From Epithemia pelagica (taxonomy: Eukaryota > Protista > Bacillariophyta), in NCBI GenBank assembly GCA_946965045.2, contig OX337229.1, positions 558,001-622,000 of the forward strand: DNA of 64,000 bases. The letters are read 5' to 3'. The first letter of the stretch is position 1; the number at the start of each line of letters is the position of its first letter. A program made the position numbers and the translations under genes. Positions 56,159 to 64,000 of this stretch are shown in pieces. Under the pieces are notes generated by a model. It was not told the DNA's origin. It made no database searches and saw nothing but the letters and a program-made list of their open reading frames with translations.

Positions 56159-59100
56159 ATGAGTTTGAAATCGTCCACGCCCACGACCGTGTCCACATCG
56201 TCGTCGGCTTCGATGTTGGCCACTAGCAGTACTTCGCCACCGGCATCGTCCGGTCCAGCCTGGGATTGGAGTGCCTTGTATGGTCGCGAAGAAGAATCCA
56301 ACTTGTTGCAACAATTGATTGAAATGCCGCCACTCGAACCCAGCGAAGAACAACAAGAAGAAGAAGAAGCGAAACCAGAACAAGAAGAAGAAGAAACTGG
56401 CAAACCAGACAACGAGAAATCACCAAAGGGCGGCGGCAAGTCCCCAAAAAAGAAGAAGGAAGACGATACCATGCTGTCCTCCGATCCCAATCACGCCGGT
56501 CAACGTTTGCATCCAGGTGCCACTGTCTTGTTGCACGGTGTCGCTGGGAGTGGCAAATCGTCCTTGATTCAAGCTCAGGACTGGAAGGGTTGGTTGTTGG
56601 TATCGGGCAAATATTTGGCCCATCAAGAAAAGTTTCAAGAACCCTTTTCAGCCTTGATTCAAGCCTTGAATACACTCATTGAATTGTGGATTACCCACAA
56701 TGAAACTGTCGCCATTTGTCAAATGGGTGGCTTTACCACGCTCTTGCAAGAAGATGTGGAATTTCTGCGACATGTTCTCCCCAAGGCCTATCAAGCGGTC
56801 AAGAAAAAGACGTATTCCTGTCAAGCGGCGCAACGAGCCATGAAAGAAGGCCAAAAGGAAAATACCGACATGGCGAGCAAAATGGAGAACCTTCAGGTAT
56901 CATCCTCGACGGTTCCGGAAAACGACACAACGACTCCCTCGATTCCTTCCGATGCCGCCGATCGCGTGAGTTACCAAAAACATCGCAATTCCAGTTTTAC
57001 CATGAAACAAGATTTGTGTACCATGGATTGTGTCAATGCCAGTTTTGTCCGTATCTTGACCTTTTTGACCCAAGCGCAACCCGTCGTCTTGTTTTTGGAC
57101 GATGTGCAATGGGCCGATGCCGCCAGTGCCAAGGTCTTGCATGTGTTGGCCACCACCCAACCCATTCCCAATTGTCTCCTCGTGTTGAGTTATCGGGAGG
57201 AAGAAATTGGACAAGCCGATGTCCGCATGCAACAAACCATTGCCGCCATTCAATTGTATAAAGAAGATCAAGATCATGAAGAAGAAGAAAAGACAGAGCA
57301 GGAGAATGACAAGGAGCCACAACCAGAGATCCAAAACGGCGAGAAGGCCGTTCAATCCGAGGACGCTTCGGACAAGAAAGAAGACAAGCAAGAGGACCAA
57401 AATCCATTGACAGACATTAGTCGTCCATCTCGTCGTCGTCGTCGCCGTGTCTACGATTTATCGATATCCAATTTGTCCGTATCCAGCGTAAATCAATTGG
57501 TCTCCTCCTTGACGAAACGTTCCTTGGACGAAACCCTGCCCTTGGCCGAGGTGGTCCATCAAAAGACGGCCGGTAATCCCTTTTTTGTCACGCAATTTAT
57601 GCAAATGTTGCGACAAGAAGACTTTGTCCGTTATTCCTACTTTACCGGCAATTGGGAATGGGGCGATGTCGATACCTTGTCCAGTGCCGCACATGTGTCG
57701 GAAAATGTCGCCGATATTGTGGCCGCCACCATGGAACGATTGCCCGTAGCCACACGGGTGGCCCTCAAAGTCGCGGCCTGTTTGGGCAAGATTCTTCCCC
57801 TTCATGTCCTCATTCAATGGTTTGATTCCTTTTTTGATGCCGACAGCGCCGGTACGACCTGTTGTCCAGGACTGCATCAAATTCAAATGCAAGGATTGCA
57901 ATCCGTCTTGGACAATGCCGTGCAAGTGGGAATTCTCATTCGTCCCAAGGGACAAGAAGCCTACATGTGGGCTCATGACAAATTGCAATCGGTTGCCTAT
58001 TCCCTCATTCCCCTCCACTTTCGTCCGCAATTGCATTTGAAACTAGGACGACTCTTGTGGAAAATGAGTCAACAAGATTTCCCCGACGAGGAATGGATGG
58101 TCTTCATGGCAGCCGATCAAATGAATCGATATTCCGAACAAGAAGAGGCACTGAAACAACAACCCCCACCGGAATGTACCGATCCTGGCTATCAATATTA
58201 CAAGAAAAAGTTGGATCAAATGGGCGATCCCAATAGTCCGGACAATCCTCAAATTTTGGGGGCCGAAGTCGCCACACTGTGTTTGGAGGCGGCGCGATTG
58301 TCCTTGGCCAAATCGGCCCTCTATCCAGCCTATGACATGCTCAAGGCAGGTGTCAAGCATTTGGATGTACCCAACAAGTGGAATCTTCATTACGATTTGT
58401 GTTTGAGTTTGTACAATACGATTGCCGAATTGTCGGTCCAATTGGGCCAAAGCGAGCAGGCCATGGAGGCTGTCGAACAAGTCAAGAAGCATGCGAAATC
58501 GTATCAAGACAAGTTTCGTGTGCAAATGGTACATCTCAAGTGTATCACAGCTGGAAAGGATCGTAACTATAATTTGGGATTGGAAACGTCGACTGAAATT
58601 CTTCGCGAGTATGGAGTTCGCATGCCCAACAAGCTGCTTCCGGGTATGCTCTTGATGGAATGCAAAAAGACGAGACGACGATTGCCAGGAGGCAAGCTCG
58701 AAGGACTTCTCGAGTATCCGGTTATGACAGATCCGAAATCCAGAAATGTCATTAAATTACTGACAGGTCACGCCATGTATGCCCTAATGTCACAGAAGAA
58801 ACGCAATCGGAACATTTCTTGGTTCGCTTCCCTCAAGATCTTGAGCATGTCGGCGGATCAAAAGGCGGTCGCCGAAGAAACTGCCATGGCTATCGTATCC
58901 TTGGGTATGGCACATGGTCTGCAAGGAGAATTCAAGGAGGCCAACGAATATGGCGAATTGGGTTTGAAGCTAATGGAGCGCTTTCCCCAAACAGTCGGAT
59001 CTATTCATGCTATGGTCATGGTCGCAGCTGCGGCCGGTATTTTTGCCTTTACCAAACCTCTCAACAAGTGTTTGGACATTTTCTTGGAAGGGCATCATCT

Positions 59101-60271
59101 CGGATTGCGTACGGGCAATACCGAAAAGGCTGGAGGAGCCATTTTGGCCTATGCTTACACCTATCTTACTTGTGGGTTACCCTTGGCACCGTTGCAAGCC
59201 GATTTGAAACAATACAAAAAGGAAGTGGTTCAGTTCAATCTTCCTGAAACCATTCTGGCTGTTTTCAATATTTTCGAACAATTCATTTTGAATCTACAAG
59301 ATCCAGGATCCGACCCAACGCTATTGAAGGGAGAAGCCATGGATCAAGACGAAATGTTGGCTTCCTTCCATGGCAATGCGCATCGCATGACAAAACGCGA
59401 CATTGACTCGTTCCGAATTATGTTGGCGTTGATTTATGGTAAATGGACCGTTGCAGAGAAACTACTGAATGATTTGGAACCGTTCTTGGACAATGACCAA
59501 TATCACATTCGTGCGGCCATGCGTCGTTGCAACGTGGCGTTGGTAGCGTTCAAACTAAGCCGGACCAATGGGAAACGCAAACTACGACAAATGGCTCGTA
59601 AGATTACCAAGGAATTCCGCGAGGACTTGAAAAAGGGGAACATCAATGCCATGCCCCTGTACACAATGCTGGAAGCAGAAGAATCTCCATCCAAGGAAGG
59701 ATACGACAAGGCGATTCGGTTCACCGCCAAGATGGGGCTGGTTCACTTTGAAGCCTACATGTGCGAACAAGCTGGCCATTTCTTTTTGGAACAGAAGGAC
59801 GAAGAATGGGCTGAGTTCTACTTGGCACAAGCCGTGACCTTGAACGATGAATGGGGCGCAGAAGGCAAGGCACAGCAATTGCGCATGGATCACACTCGGT
59901 TGCTTCGATCTTCGTTGGTACGAGAACGGGCTAATACAGCTCTCAAGGGCCGAAGTCGATACTCATCCTCCCATACCGATGTTATGATGGATTTCGACTT
60001 TGAGCGACTCAGCAACAACACGCTCAACAGTTCCACTGCCGTATCCTCTTCATCTTCCTCCTTATCGGCTCGTTCCCTCTTTACCAGTGGTACCTTGGCC
60101 AATGCAACCTCGTCCTTGATGCGAAGATCACGTGCCGACAACAATACGTTGTCGCAAAAAGACGACGATACCATGACCTCCTCGACGGAAGATTCCAGTG
60201 AACACGATGGAAGCCAAGGCAGCATGGAGTTTACCATGGGAAGGTTTACATACACAAGTCCTCTATCGTAG
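56159..60271 (+). CDS. STAND-class P-loop NTPase with TPR-like superhelical C-terminus, 1370 aa
   Basis: GVAGSGKS, EPFSAL, VLFLDDVQWAD, KTAGNPFFVTQF, WAHDKLQSVAYSLI, followed by helical repeats. Confidence 0.9.
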   Translation: MSLKSSTPTTVSTSSSASMLATSSTSPPASSGPAWDWSALYGREEESNLLQQLIEMPPLEPSEEQQEEEEAKPEQEEEETGKPDNEKSPKGGGKSPKKKKEDDTMLSSDPNHAGQRLHPGATVLLHGVAGSGKSSLIQAQDWKGWLLVSGKYLAHQEKFQEPFSALIQALNTLIELWITHNETVAICQMGGFTTLLQEDVEFLRHVLPKAYQAVKKKTYSCQAAQRAMKEGQKENTDMASKMENLQVSSSTVPENDTTTPSIPSDAADRVSYQKHRNSSFTMKQDLCTMDCVNASFVRILTFLTQAQPVVLFLDDVQWADAASAKVLHVLATTQPIPNCLLVLSYREEEIGQADVRMQQTIAAIQLYKEDQDHEEEEKTEQENDKEPQPEIQNGEKAVQSEDASDKKEDKQEDQNPLTDISRPSRRRRRRVYDLSISNLSVSSVNQLVSSLTKRSLDETLPLAEVVHQKTAGNPFFVTQFMQMLRQEDFVRYSYFTGNWEWGDVDTLSSAAHVSENVADIVAATMERLPVATRVALKVAACLGKILPLHVLIQWFDSFFDADSAGTTCCPGLHQIQMQGLQSVLDNAVQVGILIRPKGQEAYMWAHDKLQSVAYSLIPLHFRPQLHLKLGRLLWKMSQQDFPDEEWMVFMAADQMNRYSEQEEALKQQPPPECTDPGYQYYKKKLDQMGDPNSPDNPQILGAEVATLCLEAARLSLAKSALYPAYDMLKAGVKHLDVPNKWNLHYDLCLSLYNTIAELSVQLGQSEQAMEAVEQVKKHAKSYQDKFRVQMVHLKCITAGKDRNYNLGLETSTEILREYGVRMPNKLLPGMLLMECKKTRRRLPGGKLEGLLEYPVMTDPKSRNVIKLLTGHAMYALMSQKKRNRNISWFASLKILSMSADQKAVAEETAMAIVSLGMAHGLQGEFKEANEYGELGLKLMERFPQTVGSIHAMVMVAAAAGIFAFTKPLNKCLDIFLEGHHLGLRTGNTEKAGGAILAYAYTYLTCGLPLAPLQADLKQYKKEVVQFNLPETILAVFNIFEQFILNLQDPGSDPTLLKGEAMDQDEMLASFHGNAHRMTKRDIDSFRIMLALIYGKWTVAEKLLNDLEPFLDNDQYHIRAAMRRCNVALVAFKLSRTNGKRKLRQMARKITKEFREDLKKGNINAMPLYTMLEAEESPSKEGYDKAIRFTAKMGLVHFEAYMCEQAGHFFLEQKDEEWAEFYLAQAVTLNDEWGAEGKAQQLRMDHTRLLRSSLVRERANTALKGRSRYSSSHTDVMMDFDFERLSNNTLNSSTAVSSSSSSLSARSLFTSGTLANATSSLMRRSRADNNTLSQKDDDTMTSSTEDSSEHDGSQGSMEFTMGRFTYTSPLS

Positions 60272-60422
60272 AGTGTCAATGTTACGGTTGTTGCTGTTGT
60301 ATAATTTTTAGGAGTATTCTGGTACATAAATGGTAAACAAGACGGGTAGGTTACATAGCACACCGTTGCTGTTTTGTCCAACATCAAATCTGAATACTAG
60401 TAGGCAGCATCTACTAGAGGTA

Positions 60423-61330
60423 TTACACTCCTAATTCCTGGTGTTCGAAAGATCCGTTGCCTTCATGGGTGCAATAACAGGGTGTTCCGTCCGCCTCTTG
60501 GACCTGAAAATCCACCGTGCTAAACACTCGTTCCGTCAAGGCTGGTACTTGTCGCACATGATCTGCTGGATCGCACTGCTCGTCATCTTGTGGGTGCATC
60601 ACAACAGAACAAGGCTCGTTTCATGCCCTTATCCAAAGATGCAAATTCGACCGTCAAGCCCTTGTTGGCAATGGTTTGTCGAGCCGTTTCGCTACCATCC
60701 AAAATGACAAAGGTTCCAAAGGTGGCAAATTGTATCCACTGGTCGAGTTTGGGAACCACGACCATGGTAAAGAAGTCCGTCAGGGCCGTGGATGAATGGA
60801 AAAGGTCTGGGTCGTTTCATCAAAATACATAGCCAACAGTAGAACGTCATTCTGGTTGGTGTTGGCAGAGTCTTGCTGCGGTTGTTGTTGTTGTACCATG
60901 GCATTCAATTCATTCCGCATGCGGTTCACATTGGGCGTACTGGTCGCAATCAAACTGTACAAAAGTGTGGCCATGAGAGGCAAGGGTTCCACGGGCTTTT
61001 CTTGGATAAGGCATTCATCGTTGGGATTGGCTCGAACAAGAGAAGTGCCAAACACCAAAAGCCAAACACCAACATAGTCTTCGTCCTCTTCTTCGTCGTC
61101 TTGTTGTTGTTGTTGTGTCGTCGTCATCGACTTGCTCTTGTTCTTGTCGTTGTCGTCTTGGTTGTGGTTTCGTTGCAGAGGAGCCGTGTCCTCGTGTTGC
61201 TGTTGTGCCGTCGTCGTCGACTTGTTGTTCTTGTCGTCGTCGTCTTGGTTGTGCTTTTGTTGAAGACCGCTTGCGCTGCCGACCATTGCGCCGCAGAGGT
61301 ACGTCCAACAGTGCCCCGACGGTTGATTGT
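60423..61330 (-). pseudogene. Frameshifted gene (three protein-like segments in successive frames)
   Basis: HCWTYLCGAMVG...QTFSIHP, then TALTDFFTMVVVPKLDQWIQF...DAP, then PQDDEQCDP...HQELGV*. Two frame changes near 60785 and 60590. Confidence 0.5.
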
Positions 61331-61529
61331 TGTGTAGTTGCGCTGTGTTGCGGCCCTCGACCCTCGAGGTACGTGCAACAATGCCCCGACGGTGGACATA
61401 AACCGGCCCCGCTGCCTCGGTCCAATCGTACACTGATCGCCAACAACACGAAACGCCAACAACAACAGCACGCGACAATCCAACATGCACAAAAACAAAA
61501 AATACGATTGACCAAAAATACGATTGACC

Positions 61530-62486
61530 ATGATGTGTGAAATTGATTTTTACGAAGTCTTGTCGAACCTGCTCTGGTGGGCTCAGCTCTGTGCTCCTTT
61601 TGTTCTTCGCCTACTGATTGTCGCTTTCGCTTACGGCTTGCATGAGTCGGTGCTTGAGTCGGACAAGCTTGACAAGAAGCGCCGAGCAACAATCCAAACG
61701 CTGCAGAAAGAAAGTGCTCAGAAGGATCGAGCCTACAAGAAGCTTCGTCGCGAGAATGCGGCGCTTCGAGTGAGGAAAGTGCGGTCTGTGCGAAAGCTTC
61801 GACGCGAAAATGCGATTCTTCGACAACAGCTAGCAGTTGCCGAAGCGAAGCTTGCCGAGAATGGTCGCCACGAGGATGGAGAGATCGAGATTCGCGATCC
61901 CGAGGAGGAGGTCGACGTCGACACTGTTGCTGTTCTGCCTTGCGAGTTCGACGCTGACTTGGACTTCCCTCCTCTCGCACTCGCAGATGATCTCGAGGAT
62001 GACGAGGAGACCCCTCCAGTTCCAGTCGACCGTCATGGGCCTGAGCCTGAACCCGCGCTCATCCCCGACGACGACGACGAGATCACTTTGGGGCACGACT
62101 CACCCCCTCGAAACTCCACCCCTCCTTCCATGGTCGCCACCCCTCCTCCCCCCACCCCCACCCAAAAAGATACCTCGCCTCACATTGACGAGAATGCCCC
62201 CCAAAACGTGATCGAGAGTTCCTCCGGCCCCGAGGACTCCCCGCGTTTGGGCAGGATCCTTGCTGTTGCCTACTCCCAAAAGGCAGGCCGAATGGTGCAC
62301 GTTCGACGATCCGCTCGTCTTTTGTCCGCGGGTACGGGTAGTGGTGCTGATGAAATAAATCCAAAAAACCCAGAAAAAGCAAAAAAATCCAAAAAACCCA
62401 GAAAAAGCAAAAAAAATAAAAGACCCAGAAAAATAACATGTCGGTTGTCGGTTGCCAGTGGTACGTGGGCACGGTCGTGTCGGTAA
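61530..62486 (+). CDS. Coiled-coil protein with N-terminal hydrophobic segment, acidic/Pro-rich middle, RRSARL motif and Lys-rich tail
   Basis: 320-aa ORF; internal repeat KLRRENA twice. Codon usage is visibly richer in C/G-ending codons than neighbouring genes. Confidence 0.7.
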   Translation: MMCEIDFYEVLSNLLWWAQLCAPFVLRLLIVAFAYGLHESVLESDKLDKKRRATIQTLQKESAQKDRAYKKLRRENAALRVRKVRSVRKLRRENAILRQQLAVAEAKLAENGRHEDGEIEIRDPEEEVDVDTVAVLPCEFDADLDFPPLALADDLEDDEETPPVPVDRHGPEPEPALIPDDDDEITLGHDSPPRNSTPPSMVATPPPPTPTQKDTSPHIDENAPQNVIESSSGPEDSPRLGRILAVAYSQKAGRMVHVRRSARLLSAGTGSGADEINPKNPEKAKKSKKPRKSKKNKRPRKITCRLSVASGTWARSCR

Positions 62487-62567
62487 TGAATCTTTCCTCC
62501 TCAGCCTACTCACTCTGTTTCTACCGATTGTTAAATTCTACTCCTACATCAGCTGAGTCTAGCTAGA

Positions 62568-62672
62568 GTCCTTGTCGGAGATGTCCTTGTTGGTGTCCTT
62601 GTCGGAGATGTCCTTGTTGGTGGTCCTTGTTGGTGGTCCTTGTTGGTGGTCCTTGTTGGTGGTCCTTGTTGG
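62568..62672. repeat. Minisatellite of GTCCTTGT(T/C)GG units (13-bp unit about 5 times, plus two 27-bp composite units)
   Basis: Read directly from the sequence. Confidence 0.9.
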
Positions 62673-62739
62673 TGTGTCGGTTCGGTCGGTGTTATCACAA
62701 AACCCTGGTGGCATGAGGACTTGTCCTTGTGTTACCAGG

Positions 62740-63450
62740 TATCTGGCACTGAGACTTTGGTCTCTGTGCCAGATAGAGATTAGGTCTACCTCTTGATTAG
62801 CCTACTCACCCTGGGCACTCGTGTCCAGACATGGTGGGGAGTTTGGGGGCTCCTCTTATTAGCCTCAGGAGTACATACAATACGGTCGCCTCGTCCTCCG
62901 TTCAAATTGTATGTACTCCAAGAGATTAGGGCTACCTCTTGATTAGCCTACTCACCCTGGGCACTCGTGTCCAGATGGTGGGGAATACATGGGGTGTGGA
63001 TGTGCCATAGTTGCCTGACAGGCATCCATTGATGTCCTGTCGCCGCCCCCGTTCATATGTATTCAGAGATTAGGGCTACCTCTTGATTAGCCTACTCACC
63101 CTGGGCACTCGTGTCCAGATGGTGGGGAATACATGGGGTGTGGATGTGCCATAGTTGCCTGACAGGCATCCATTGATGTCCTGTCGCCGCCCCCGTTCAT
63201 ATGTATTCAGAGATTAGGGCTACCTCTTGATTAGCCTACTCACCCTGGGCACTCGTGTCCAGATGGTGGGGACGAGTTACGAGTTTGGGGGCTCCTCTGA
63301 TTAGCCTCTGGGGTTTGCCATAGTTGCCTGACAGGCATCCATTGATGTTCTGTCGCCCTACCCGTTCAATGTACAGCCGCGTTGACGTCGCGAGCGGGCT
63401 TTCCACCAAGAGCTGTACGCAATATAGAGATTATCTATCTTCTACCTAGT
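62740..63450. repeat. Structured repeat-spacer array: ~63-bp repeat four times plus a degenerate fifth, each preceded by a stem-loop
   Basis: AGAGATTAGG repeat starts at 62775, 62921, 63065 and 63209; degenerate copy at 63426. Periods 146, 144 and 144. Confidence 0.95.
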
Positions 63451-63876
63451 TCCGAGTTGTCGTGGTCCGGATGGAAAAATCAGGGCTTGGGGTTAGGAGT
63501 TACCTAGGAGAGGACCAAAGAAATGATCCAAAAGAAATTTGTGCAAGGAAAACCTATTCGACTGGCTACTCATTATTTTGGCATGGCAATGGCAAGGTAC
63601 GGTGCATTGGTCTGGACTGGACTCGATTTAGTATCCTGTCGTCAAGGACTCACGCCTGTTGTTGAGCCGCATCTTGTTTACGAGTCTGCAGGTGGACAGA
63701 AAAACACAAGACTAGGAAAGAGACACGGTACAAAACATGGAGTAATGTTTTTCATGTAGTACTTGTTGTACAGGCAATCATGTAGATCGATCGATGGGAT
63801 ACCACGCAACACACGGCTCTCACACACACCAGGCCTCATCCCCGTTTTGGCATTGAAAAGAATTCTGTTGTTGTGT

Positions 63877-64000
63877 TTATTGTGGTGGTGGGGCGGGTAA
63901 GGTCGTTCGAGGTGGATCCCGATAGGGACCTCGAGGAGGAGGATTGTTGGGATTGTTGTTGTTATTGGAATTCCACGACGTGTTCATCCAACTCGTTGGA
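63877..64000 (-). CDS. Probable 3' end of a gene entering from the right edge
   Basis: Open frame PTSWMNTSWNSNNNNNPNNPPPRGPYRDPPRTTLPAPPPQ* ending TAA at 63879-63877. Confidence 0.4.
   Translation of the reverse strand, partial: PTSWMNTSWNSNNNNNPNNPPPRGPYRDPPRTTLPAPPPQ

Noticed and set aside
61015-61980. 321-aa minus ORF
   Set aside because: It is a composite of the antisense of the 61530 gene and an off-frame read of the frameshifted gene.
62740-63450. CRISPR array
   Set aside because: Eukaryotic context and no cas genes. The repeat is ~63 bp, spacers 2 and 3 are identical, and spacers share sequence with each other and with the repeat.
62740-63450. Hammerhead or HDV-like ribozyme
   Set aside because: No CUGANGA...GAAA core on either strand. 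A tempting HDV P1 (GGGGUG/CACCCU-GG) lacks a matching P2 and adjacent P3. Other ribozyme classes were not testable by eye.
1-64000. tRNA or rRNA genes
   Set aside because: None recognised by eye; tRNAscan-SE, barrnap or Infernal would be needed to exclude them.

Overview
Gene-dense eukaryotic nuclear DNA, most consistent with a pennate diatom (inference from short GT-AG introns, poly-Q/T/N/D tracts, bipartite plastid signals, an SKL PTS1 and diatom-type gene families). About 24 apparently intact protein-coding genes are supported. They include a FEX fluoride exporter, DDX51, a trypsin-fold peptidase, a flavin monooxygenase, the peroxisomal bifunctional enzyme, two AIG1-like membrane proteins, an SDR, AlkB, two cytochrome b5 proteins, an ATP-grasp ligase and a STAND NTPase. 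Three structures stand out. (1) A 6.8-kb element at 33134-39920 is bounded by ~32-bp inverted repeats. It holds a broken Mutator-like transposase relic converging on a ~750-codon cargo frame with HxDxxN/RxS and HhH-like motifs, plus 97-bp and 180-bp tandem arrays. It is a candidate transposon-borne DNA-modification or anti-silencing system. (2) An ~830-bp inverted duplication (20516-21361 vs 28032-28864) has its two blocks swapped, as expected for a 6.7-kb inversion made by staggered breaks. (3) A hairpin-rich repeat-spacer array at 62740-63450 lies behind an unusual coiled-coil ORF. All family assignments rest on motifs read by eye; no database search was run.
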